DNA of 27,808 bases from Clostridia bacterium (GCA_045545475.1 JAZQAZ010000033.1:1-27808); one strand, 5' to 3'; numbered from the stretch's first letter, positions 16,999 through 24,916 are shown. Numbers and translations: made by a program. Notes: generated by a model not told the origin, from the letters alone.

Positions 16999-18238
16999 AA
17001 AGGATGTTGTAGTAATCGGCGGTGGCCCTGCAGGTATGGCAGCGGCAGTTTCCGCTTACGATTCAGGTGCAAAAGATGTTCTCATATTGGAGCGTGAAAA
17101 TGCTCTTGGCGGAATACTTAAGCAGTGCATTCATAACGGCTTCGGTCTTCACAATTTCGGTGAGGAATTAACCGGACCCGAATATGCGAAGCGTTATAAG
17201 GACGAGGTTGAAAAGAGAAACATTCCCTATATGACGGACACCACTGTTCTTTCGGTAGATGAAAATAAGACTATTGTGGCCCTTAACTCGGAAAAAGGCG
17301 TTGTCGAAATCGAGGCAAAGAGCATAATTCTTTGTATGGGTTGCCGTGAAAGACCTCGCGGTGCTCTATCCATTTCCGGAACAAGACCTGCGGGCGTTTT
17401 CACTGCAGGTGCGGCACAGAAATTTGTTAATATAAAGGGGTATCTTCCCGGCCGTGAGGTTGTAATTTTAGGTAGCGGTGATATAGGACTTATCATGGCG
17501 AGAAGAATGACTTTAGAGGGTGCACACGTTAAGGCTGTTTGCGAGCTTATGCCCTATTCCGGCGGTCTTGCAAGAAACATCGAGCAGTGCTTAAATGACT
17601 TTAACATTCCTTTAAAGCTCTCTCACACCGTAGTTAAGGTACACGGTGAAAAGAGAGTTACCGGTGTAACGATTGCAAAAGTTGATGAAAAAAGATGCCC
17701 CATTAAGGAAACGGAAGAATTTATCCCTTGTGATACGCTGCTTTTATCCGTTGGTCTTATCCCCGAAAACGAGCTTACACTCTCTGCAGGAATCAAGCTT
17801 GACCCCATAACAAACGGTGCATTTGTTGACCAGAACAGAGAAACGGAAACCGACGGAATTTTTGCCGCAGGTAATGTGCTTCACGTTCATGACCTTGCAG
17901 ACTTTGCTTCGAAAGAGGCTGAAACCGCAGGATGTGCGGCGGCAGAATATGTAAAGTCAGGCCTTGAGAAAACGAGAGATATAAAAATTAAAACCGACGG
18001 AAAGGTACGCTATACCGTCCCCCAGAGAATAACAGCGGATACGGATGTCAAGATGTACTTCAGAGTTTCCGACGTGTTTAAGAATGTTACATTTACGGTG
18101 AAAGACGGCGACGAAGTAATCTTTTCCAAAAAGGCAATCGGTGCCGCACCCGGCGAAATGGAAGAGATAACACTTAAAAAGGAAACAGTTGAAAAAATCA
18201 AATCCGGTGAAATCACCGTTGGTCTGGAGGCTAAATAA
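16991..18238 (+). CDS. NAD(P)/FAD-dependent pyridine nucleotide-disulfide oxidoreductase family subunit
   Basis: VVIGGGPAG, GGILKQCIHNGFG, MGCRER, ILGSGDIG, IFAAGNVLHVHD; ATG16991 after GGAGG. Confidence 0.88.
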   Translation: MLKKDVVVIGGGPAGMAAAVSAYDSGAKDVLILERENALGGILKQCIHNGFGLHNFGEELTGPEYAKRYKDEVEKRNIPYMTDTTVLSVDENKTIVALNSEKGVVEIEAKSIILCMGCRERPRGALSISGTRPAGVFTAGAAQKFVNIKGYLPGREVVILGSGDIGLIMARRMTLEGAHVKAVCELMPYSGGLARNIEQCLNDFNIPLKLSHTVVKVHGEKRVTGVTIAKVDEKRCPIKETEEFIPCDTLLLSVGLIPENELTLSAGIKLDPITNGAFVDQNRETETDGIFAAGNVLHVHDLADFASKEAETAGCAAAEYVKSGLEKTRDIKIKTDGKVRYTVPQRITADTDVKMYFRVSDVFKNVTFTVKDGDEVIFSKKAIGAAPGEMEEITLKKETVEKIKSGEITVGLEAK

Positions 18239-18591
18239 TGAAAAGAGATTTTACCTGTATAGTATGCCCCAAGGGTTGTCAGATTCATGCCGAGTTCGAG
18301 GGCAGTGAAATTATAAATATCGAAGGCCACACCTGCAAGCGTGGTGTTGCTTATGTAACCGATGAGCTTACCTGCCCCAAAAGAACGCTTACCACAACTG
18401 TTGCAACTTCCTGTGACATAATGGTTCCGGTAAGAACAAATGCGGCAGTGCCAAAGGAGCTTTTATTTGACTGTATGAAGGAAATAAATAAAATAGTTCT
18501 TGACAAATCGGTTAAAACAGGCGATATTATAATAAAGGATATTTTAGGTACCGGTGCGGATGTAATTGCCACCGGCGATGCAGAACTTTAA
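18238..18591 (+). CDS. DUF1667-type small Cys-rich metal-binding protein
   Basis: CIVCPKGC...G.TCKRG..Y...E...PKR.LTTTV; TAATG coupling to the upstream gene. Confidence 0.85.
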   Translation: MKRDFTCIVCPKGCQIHAEFEGSEIINIEGHTCKRGVAYVTDELTCPKRTLTTTVATSCDIMVPVRTNAAVPKELLFDCMKEINKIVLDKSVKTGDIIIKDILGTGADVIATGDAEL

Positions 18592-18616
18592 TTTTAATCG
18601 AGAGAGGGCGTTGGAT

Positions 18617-19159
18617 ATGGACTTTTCCGAAAATCCCGTAATTGCGGCGGTAAGGGATGAAAAAGGTTTTGATAAGGCACTTAAAAGTGCGGTTTCACAC
18701 ATCTTTTTATTAAATTCCGATCTTCTGACGCTTAAGGAAACAATTAAAAAAGCCCACGAGGCGAAAAAAACGATTTTCGTCCACGTGGATTTTACTGAAG
18801 GCCTTGGAAAAGACAAGGTGGGAATGGAGGCTCTGGCAAGATTCAAAGCCGACGGAGTAATTACCACACGAAGCGGAATTGTAAAGTATGCAAAAGAAGC
18901 AGGATTGCTCACAGTTCAGCGATTTTTCATTGTGGATTCCCATTCATTTGATACAGCTGTTGAGTCTGTTAAGGCGGCACGTCCTGATATGATTGAGGTT
19001 ATGCCCGCCCTTGTTACAAGGGAAATCAAACGCCTTAAGGAAACAATTAAAATTCCAGTTATCGCAGGGGGACTTATTGAGGAAAAGGCGGAAATTTATT
19101 CTGCTCTATCTGCGGGTGCTTCTGCGGTATCCACAGGAAAGAGTGAGCTTTGGGAATAA
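18617..19159 (+). CDS. glpP: Glycerol-3-phosphate-responsive antiterminator
   Basis: NPVIAAV, FVHVDF.EGL, DGVITT, QRFFIVDS, PDMIEVMP, PVIAGGLI, GASAVST. Confidence 0.93.
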   Translation: MDFSENPVIAAVRDEKGFDKALKSAVSHIFLLNSDLLTLKETIKKAHEAKKTIFVHVDFTEGLGKDKVGMEALARFKADGVITTRSGIVKYAKEAGLLTVQRFFIVDSHSFDTAVESVKAARPDMIEVMPALVTREIKRLKETIKIPVIAGGLIEEKAEIYSALSAGASAVSTGKSELWE

Positions 19160-19160
19160 G

Positions 19161-19271
19161 GAGATTCTTCCTCCGGCATTGCCGTCGCCCGGTGGCTTTG
19201 CAGAATGACATTTTTGGTGGTGTAATTCTGAAGTTCTCACTGCTGTCATTCTGAGCGCAGCGAAGAATCCC
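19161..19271. repeat. Inverted pair of TGTC-tagged palindromic repeats (REP-like)
   Basis: Left GAGATTCTTC...CAGAATGACA (19161-19210); right TGTCATTCTGAGCGCAGCGAAGAATCCC (19244-19271); degenerate TGTAATTCTGA at 19221-19231. Confidence 0.7.
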
Positions 19272-19288
19272 AACAATGTGCAGAATTA

Positions 19289-19317
19289 AAAAAACACACC
19301 CGCTGGGTGTGTTTTTT
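19289..19317 (+). terminator. Intrinsic terminator of the glp operon
   Basis: AAAAAACACACCC-GCT-GGGTGTGTTTTTT. Confidence 0.85.
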
Positions 19318-19367
19318 CATCTGTACAAACGCCTTTCTTCGTGTTATAATAATATTGAGGTGATTTT

Positions 19368-20003
19368 ATGGCAATGAGTAAGGATATGACGACTAAGCAA
19401 AAAATTGAATACATAAAGGACTATTACAAGTGGCACATAATAATTGCCCTTTTAATTGTTATTGCCATAGTTTGTACGGTAGTACATTTTGCGACTAAAG
19501 AGGAATACGACATAAGGCTCTTTTATGCAGGAGAGGCTTATATCGGAAGTGATTATGCAGACGCTGTATATTCCCTTTCCGACTTTGGCACCGATATAAC
19601 CGGTGATGGGGAGGTTAAACTTTTGTTTGACCAGTTCTGCTACGGAGGCCTTAATGATCCCCAGTATCTTAACACCATGACGGCAACGCTGGAAAATATG
19701 CTTGCAAAGGAAGAAGATGTTTGCCTTGTTTTAGCTGATGAAAGTCTGGCAGGAATGATTCTTGCAATGTCGGGGAAATATGTGATGCAGGCAGATTTAT
19801 GGGCAGTTGACTCCGAGGACGATTATTTGGTTGTATCCGGTTTTCCCGGCGCGGTAAGCTTGAAAAACAGTGCCTACCTTAAGGAAAAAGGTTTCCCTGT
19901 GGAAAACTTATATATAATGCTGCTGGAGGAAGAATATAAGGACGCTTCAGCCTTTGAAAATGCAAAGAAAGTGGCACTTGAACTTATAAAGGAGACAGAA
20001 TGA
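19368..20003 (+). CDS. Hypothetical protein with N-terminal membrane anchor
   Basis: KIEYIKDYYKWH followed by one hydrophobic helix and an acidic soluble domain; SD GAGGTG; TG-TATAAT at 19342-19350. Confidence 0.75.
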   Translation: MAMSKDMTTKQKIEYIKDYYKWHIIIALLIVIAIVCTVVHFATKEEYDIRLFYAGEAYIGSDYADAVYSLSDFGTDITGDGEVKLLFDQFCYGGLNDPQYLNTMTATLENMLAKEEDVCLVLADESLAGMILAMSGKYVMQADLWAVDSEDDYLVVSGFPGAVSLKNSAYLKEKGFPVENLYIMLLEEEYKDASAFENAKKVALELIKETE

Positions 20004-20839
20004 TGAAAAAAATATGGGCATTGGTAGTAGCGTTATTTGCGGTTTTCTCTTTTATCGCCTGTACTGAAAATGAATCAATCGGAATAATCGGAGGGGCGGA
20101 TGGGCCAACAGAAATTATTGTATCGAAGAGTGCTGATGAGACGGATGAAATTTCTGAGGCAATACTATCTTATAATAAAGGTCATTATCTTGAAGGAGAA
20201 TGTATGGCAGAGGGACATCTGATACTTACCGATAAAACTGAAAACGAAAAAAGAGTGGTTTCTCTTTTTGCAAGCTACGGCGAATACGGCTTTGAAAACG
20301 GAAACTTCGTGAAAATATCAGGCTCAGGTGCAATTCCCTGCCGTATAACTTTTGATGAGGAAGGAAACGTGGAAGAGTATTTAGAAGCCCTTGACGGTGC
20401 TATGTATGAAGAGTCTGTAAAAAAGATGTTTGACGATGAAACCTATGCCATCTACGAGGGCAGAAGTAAAAGCGGTGACGCATATACACTTTGCTCTGCA
20501 GGGGAACGTCTTTACGCAAGACGCTACCTTTCATCAATAGGACGTGAAGCTGAGATCGGCGAATACGGGGATTTTTCCCATGAACTTTTGACGGACCTTG
20601 GGGTTTCTGTAGAAGTTTCAAATGCTATGCTTTCCCGAAAAGATGAGTTTTCAAATTATTTTCCCTATTTTGTGGGAACTGCGGAGCATATAATAGACGG
20701 TGTCAGGTACGTTTTTGAAACAGGTTATGATGATGAGAAGTCGGAAATTTCCTACATTCAGTACGAATATGGTAAAGAGGAGCCTGTTAAAGGTAAGATA
20801 TACGATTCTGTGACAGGGGAGCTTTTAAGAGAAATATAA
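20000..20839 (+). CDS. Putative lipoprotein carrying a GIIGGADGPT motif
   Basis: MMKK, hydrophobic stretch and FIAC lipobox-like Cys21; ATGA overlap with the upstream gene. Confidence 0.75.
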   Translation: MMKKIWALVVALFAVFSFIACTENESIGIIGGADGPTEIIVSKSADETDEISEAILSYNKGHYLEGECMAEGHLILTDKTENEKRVVSLFASYGEYGFENGNFVKISGSGAIPCRITFDEEGNVEEYLEALDGAMYEESVKKMFDDETYAIYEGRSKSGDAYTLCSAGERLYARRYLSSIGREAEIGEYGDFSHELLTDLGVSVEVSNAMLSRKDEFSNYFPYFVGTAEHIIDGVRYVFETGYDDEKSEISYIQYEYGKEEPVKGKIYDSVTGELLREI

Positions 20840-20842
20840 TAT

Positions 20843-20873
20843 AAATCCCTCCCGATAAAAAGGGAGGGATTTT
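20843..20873 (+). terminator. Intrinsic terminator
   Basis: AAATCCCTCCC-GATAAAAA-GGGAGGGATTTT. Confidence 0.8.
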
Positions 20874-20887
20874 GCTGTAAAATTATG

Positions 20888-20916
20888 TTGAAATAGAAAG
20901 TTTTGTATGGTATAAT
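20888..20916 (+). promoter_or_regulatory. Sigma-A promoter of the six-gene operon ending in the transposase
   Basis: TTGAAA(20888-20893)-17 bp-TATAAT(20911-20916) with extended TG. Confidence 0.75.
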
Positions 20917-20950
20917 TTTAAGATGATGCATTAGAAGGGTTGTTACATAA

Positions 20951-21520
20951 ATGCTTGAAATTGATATAATAGGGGCATCCAATGCGGCTGTAACGCTTTA
21001 CAGGGGAGTGGACGGAAAGCTGAGGCAGTCATCCGAGGTAAATGTGGCCACTTGCCTTGCTGAAAAAACAGGCGGCGAAGTCAAAAGCTATATAGGTTTT
21101 ACGGTTGCCTCGGTGAATAGATATGATGATTGCTATGTGGACCTTGTGAAAAAGGCAAAAGGCGGAGATGTTTTAATCCTTCAGGGAGTGGGAAACGATT
21201 ATGATATGCACATTTCTTTGGGGGATATGGATTCTGACGATATAATATGCTATTACGGAGCACTCAATGAAATTGCAAAAATCGCTTCTAAAAAGTATAA
21301 GATGGTTATATTTACCTTAGGATTTAAGCAGAAATCGGATGAGCGATATGAAAAGTACAATGAGGCAATTTGCAATATTGCGGAAAAATACAAATTTATC
21401 ACAGTGACTTTCAGGGAGCATGAAAGATTTAAAACAGAAGAATATATGCCTGACGGTGTTCACATGAGTGAACTTGGAGCAATTTTGTATGCAGATATTG
21501 TTTCGGGATATATATCTTGA
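20951..21520 (+). CDS. SGNH/GDSL-hydrolase-like protein
   Basis: Block I variant IIGASN, block III-like GVGND, block V DGVH followed by S..G....A. Confidence 0.65.
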   Translation: MLEIDIIGASNAAVTLYRGVDGKLRQSSEVNVATCLAEKTGGEVKSYIGFTVASVNRYDDCYVDLVKKAKGGDVLILQGVGNDYDMHISLGDMDSDDIICYYGALNEIAKIASKKYKMVIFTLGFKQKSDERYEKYNEAICNIAEKYKFITVTFREHERFKTEEYMPDGVHMSELGAILYADIVSGYIS

Positions 21521-21561
21521 GAATTTACGGATAACAGCAAAAATAAAAGGGCGGATGAAAG

Positions 21562-22257
21562 ATGAGCATTTACATTACAGGTGATATGCACGGCGAATAC
21601 GGAAGACTTGTTTATGCAAACAAGGAACTTGACGACGGAGATATTTTAATCGCATGTGGCGACTGGGGATATATTTTCGCCAATGATAAAAGTGAAAATT
21701 CTTTGCTTGATGATATAGAAAAAAAGAATTACAGCATTTTGTTTGTTGACGGAAATCATGAAAATTTCCCTGCAATTTATTCCTATCCCGAGGAGGAGTG
21801 GAATGGAGGCAGAATACACAGGATAAGAAATAGTATAATTCATCTTTGCCGTGGGCAGGTTTTTGAAATTGAAGGATTGAAATTCTTCACATTCGGAGGT
21901 GGCTACAGCCTTGACAAGTGGAGAAGAACGGAAAATGTCGATTGGTGGAGCCAGGAAATGCCTGAAAATCGGGAGTTTGAAGAAGGAAAGAAAAACCTTG
22001 AAAAGCACGGCTTTAAGGTGGATTACATAATAACTCACACAGCAAACATTAAAACCTTAGAGTATCTTCCCTTTGCACTTAAGGATACGGCAATAAAGCC
22101 ATCGGTGCCTGAAGAGCATGTGCTTAATTACTATCTTGAAGACATACGGGAAAGATGCGAATATAAAAAGTGGTTCTTCGGACATTTTCATAAGGATGCT
22201 GAAATTGCCCACACAAAGCAGCGACTTTTGTGGTATGATATGGAGAAAATTAATTAA
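21562..22257 (+). CDS. Calcineurin-like metallophosphoesterase
   Basis: TGDMHG, CGDWG, DGNHEN, IITHT, FGHFH. Confidence 0.9.
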   Translation: MSIYITGDMHGEYGRLVYANKELDDGDILIACGDWGYIFANDKSENSLLDDIEKKNYSILFVDGNHENFPAIYSYPEEEWNGGRIHRIRNSIIHLCRGQVFEIEGLKFFTFGGGYSLDKWRRTENVDWWSQEMPENREFEEGKKNLEKHGFKVDYIITHTANIKTLEYLPFALKDTAIKPSVPEEHVLNYYLEDIRERCEYKKWFFGHFHKDAEIAHTKQRLLWYDMEKIN

Positions 22258-22275
22258 CCGGAAGGGACGAAAAAA

Positions 22276-23187
22276 ATGAAAAAATCACAGCTTAAGGGAA
22301 ATATCTGTTTGCTTATTGCGGCAATTTTATGGGGAACAACCTTTGTTGCACAGAGTGCGGGAACGGATGTTGTTGATCCTTTCACCTATCTTGCATCAAG
22401 GTCTTATATCGGATGTATTGTTCTGATTCCGGTAATATTTTTTATGGATTCCTTAAAGAAAAAAAGCGGCAGCTACAGAAAAGCGGATAAGGCTGAAAAA
22501 AGGCTTCTTATAAAGGGCGGTACTTTATGCGGTATCGTTCTTTGTGCGGCATCGGGATTTCAGCAGTTTGGCATGTGGCTTGACGCATCCGCCGGTGATG
22601 CAGGCTTTATCACCGCTCTTTACATACTTATCGTTCCTGTTGCAGGATTGTTTTTCGGGAAAAAAGTCGGAGCTAAAGTATGGATAGGCGTTGCGATTGC
22701 CCTTTTGGGACTTTATCTTTTAACGGAAAAGTTTTCCTTTAATGCAGGAACATTGATGGTTCTGATATGTGCTTTTGCTTTTTCTGCTCATATTATGGTG
22801 GTGGATTATTTTTCGCCTAAGGTTGACGGAGTAAGGCTTTCCTGCATTCAGTTTTTCGTTACGGCAATACTTGCCACGGTCCTTATGTTTATCTTTGAAA
22901 AGCCTTCTGTTGAAGCTATAATCGATGCGGCTTTGCCCATTCTTTATGCAGGTGTTATGTCCTCGGGCATAGCCTACACTCTTCAGATTGTAGGGCAGAA
23001 ATACACCGATCCCACCGTTGCTTCCATGCTTATGAGCTTAGAGTCAGTGTTTGCTCTTATATCGGGAATGATTATTCAGCCTGATGAGAATCCTGTGAAA
23101 GTTATTAAGCTTCTCGGATGTGCGGCAATTTTTGCAGCTATCATAATTGCTCAGCTTCCCGACAGGAAAAAAGGAGAAAAAGTATGA
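22276..23187 (+). CDS. DMT/EamA-family transporter
   Basis: About ten hydrophobic helices in two repeats; LWGTTFVAQ, AGFITALY, AYTLQIVGQK, SLESVFA. Confidence 0.9.
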   Translation: MKKSQLKGNICLLIAAILWGTTFVAQSAGTDVVDPFTYLASRSYIGCIVLIPVIFFMDSLKKKSGSYRKADKAEKRLLIKGGTLCGIVLCAASGFQQFGMWLDASAGDAGFITALYILIVPVAGLFFGKKVGAKVWIGVAIALLGLYLLTEKFSFNAGTLMVLICAFAFSAHIMVVDYFSPKVDGVRLSCIQFFVTAILATVLMFIFEKPSVEAIIDAALPILYAGVMSSGIAYTLQIVGQKYTDPTVASMLMSLESVFALISGMIIQPDENPVKVIKLLGCAAIFAAIIIAQLPDRKKGEKV

Positions 23188-23873
23188 TTGATTTAATTTT
23201 ATGGGATATTGACGGGACATTAATGGATTTTAAGGCCTCTGAGAAAAAGGCGATTAAGGCAGCCTTTGCCGACTTTGGCATAGATATAACCGAAGAGCAA
23301 ATTTCTCTTTATTCCGAAATAAACGACAAGTGCTGGAAAATGTACGAAAGGGGAGAAATAGAACGCAAGGAAGTTTTCACACGCCGTTTTTATGAGCTTT
23401 TTAAGGTGACTCACTTTTCCTGCGATGTTGAAAAGCTTAACGAAAATTATCTTACCTATCTTGGGGAAATGTATGTGCTTCAGGATAATTCTCTCCAAGT
23501 GGTATCGTCCCTTAAGGGTAAATACCGTCAGTACATCGTAACCAACGGTCACGTTAAACCCCAGACCATGAAAATTACGGATTCGGGACTTGGCGACGTA
23601 GTGGACGGAGTTTTTATTTCCGATGCTGTCGGATGCCCCAAACCCGAAAAGGAATATTTTGACTATTGCTTTTCTGAGATAGGAAACGTTGATAAGTCTA
23701 AAACAATAATTATCGGGGACTCCTTATCCAGCGATATGCGTGGCGGAAATAATGCGGGAATTATTTGCTGTTGGTACAATCCCGGCGGCATAGAAAACAA
23801 AACCGATATAAAAATCGATTTTGAAATAAAGTCACTTTCTGAAGTTTATGATGTACTGGAGAAATTAAAATGA
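23184..23873 (+). CDS. YjjG-family HAD non-canonical pyrimidine nucleotidase
   Basis: WDIDGTLMDF, IVTNG, G.PKP, IIGDSLSSD..GG.NAGI; ATG23184 after AAGGAG. Confidence 0.88.
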   Translation: MIDLILWDIDGTLMDFKASEKKAIKAAFADFGIDITEEQISLYSEINDKCWKMYERGEIERKEVFTRRFYELFKVTHFSCDVEKLNENYLTYLGEMYVLQDNSLQVVSSLKGKYRQYIVTNGHVKPQTMKITDSGLGDVVDGVFISDAVGCPKPEKEYFDYCFSEIGNVDKSKTIIIGDSLSSDMRGGNNAGIICCWYNPGGIENKTDIKIDFEIKSLSEVYDVLEKLK

Positions 23874-24388
23874 TACGTAGAGCTAAAGATTGCGATATTC
23901 CCCAAATAGTTTCTATATATGAAGAAATTTTATCCCTTGAAGAGGCAGGAAAAATCACCACCGGATGGATAAAAGGCATTTATCCTGTGGAAAAAACCGC
24001 ACTTGCCGCACTTTCAGAAGGGACACTCTATGTCCTTGAGGAGAACGGAGAGATTTTAGCCTCTGCTGTAATAAATCAAAAGGAGGCAGATGGATATGAT
24101 AAAGCCTCCTGGGAATTTGAAGCAAAAAGAGAAGAAGTTTTGGTAATTCATACTCTTACGGTAAGTCCTTCAGTATCGGGATGCGGTTACGGAACGGAGT
24201 TTATTCGCTTTTACGAGGCTATGGGAAAGAAAATGGGCGTCAAGGATTTACGCCTTGACACCAACGAAAGAAACAAGGTTGCCCGCAGTCTTTACAAAAA
24301 GCTTGGGTATAAAGAAGTGGGAATAGTTGAAAGCGACTTTAACGGCCTTGGAAAAGTAAAACTTGTTTGTTTAGAGAAAAAGATATGA
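23870..24388 (+). CDS. GNAT-family N-acetyltransferase
   Basis: IHTLTVSP...GCGYG (motif A), LRLDTNERN..A..LYKKLGY. Confidence 0.9.
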   Translation: MIRRAKDCDIPQIVSIYEEILSLEEAGKITTGWIKGIYPVEKTALAALSEGTLYVLEENGEILASAVINQKEADGYDKASWEFEAKREEVLVIHTLTVSPSVSGCGYGTEFIRFYEAMGKKMGVKDLRLDTNERNKVARSLYKKLGYKEVGIVESDFNGLGKVKLVCLEKKI

Positions 24389-24882
24389 CGGATTTTGTTA
24401 AAAGAAAACCTGCAAGGCTTAAAGGATATGATTATTCGGCTCCCGGGGCATATTTCATTACGATATGCATAAGGGACAGAAAATGTCTGCTGTCTGAAAT
24501 TGTAGGGGACGGCGTCCACGACGTCCCGCAGAATAAATTTACCGGTTACGGAAAAATTGCAGACAAATATATAAATCAGATGAATGGATTTTATGAATAT
24601 GTCTCTGTTGACAGATATGTAATTATGCCTAATCATATACATTTTCTTTTATCAGTAAAATGTTGCGAAAACGGGACGTCGAGGACGCCGTCCCCTACTA
24701 ATTCCGGTATAGCAAATTTTGTTTCAACATTTAAGCGGTTTTGCAATAAGGAATTCGGAGAAAACATCTGGCAGCGTTCCTTCCACGATCACATTATCAG
24801 AAGTGAAAAGGATTATACGAAAATAGCAGAGTACATTGAAACCAATCCCTTAAAATGGGAAAGCGATTGCTTTTACACATAA
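24385..24882 (+). CDS. RAYT-like HUH/Y1 transposase (IS200/IS605 superfamily), 165 aa
   Basis: RK..RL.GYDYS..GAYFITIC, YVIMPNHIH (HUH), IWQRSFHDHIIR and Y-I-x-x-N-P catalytic tyrosine motif; ATGA overlap with the GNAT stop; no tnpB. Confidence 0.9.
   Translation: MTDFVKRKPARLKGYDYSAPGAYFITICIRDRKCLLSEIVGDGVHDVPQNKFTGYGKIADKYINQMNGFYEYVSVDRYVIMPNHIHFLLSVKCCENGTSRTPSPTNSGIANFVSTFKRFCNKEFGENIWQRSFHDHIIRSEKDYTKIAEYIETNPLKWESDCFYT
24502..24528 (+). repeat. GTAG-tagged REP palindrome, intragenic copy 1
   Basis: GTAGGGGACGGCGTCCACGACGTCCCG; stem GGGACG/CGTCCC; encodes VGDGVHDVP. Confidence 0.88.
24672..24698 (-). repeat. GTAG-tagged REP palindrome, intragenic copy 2 (inverted)
   Basis: Reverse complement GTAGGGGACGGCGTCCTCGACGTCCCG, 26/27 identical to copy 1; the plus strand encodes GTSRTPSPT. 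Confidence 0.88.
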
Positions 24883-24916
24883 AAACTTCCGCATCCAATG
24901 GATGCGGAAGTTTTTT
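24881..24916. terminator. Bidirectional intrinsic terminator
   Basis: AAAAACTTCCGCATCC-AAT-GGATGCGGAAGTTTTT, perfect 16-bp stem between convergent stops. Confidence 0.88.

Noticed and set aside
20000-20839. Oxaloacetate/glutaconyl-CoA decarboxylase beta subunit
   Set aside because: Only the 10-residue motif matches; the protein lacks the many transmembrane helices of a beta subunit.
24292-24642. 116-aa minus-strand ORF overlapping the transposase
   Set aside because: Antisense shadow; RDVVDAVPY is only the reverse translation of REP copy 1.
24385-24916. Complete IS200/IS605 insertion sequence or TnpB/OMEGA system
   Set aside because: No tnpB or iscB and no space for element ends; the downstream hairpin is an A/T-tailed bidirectional terminator.
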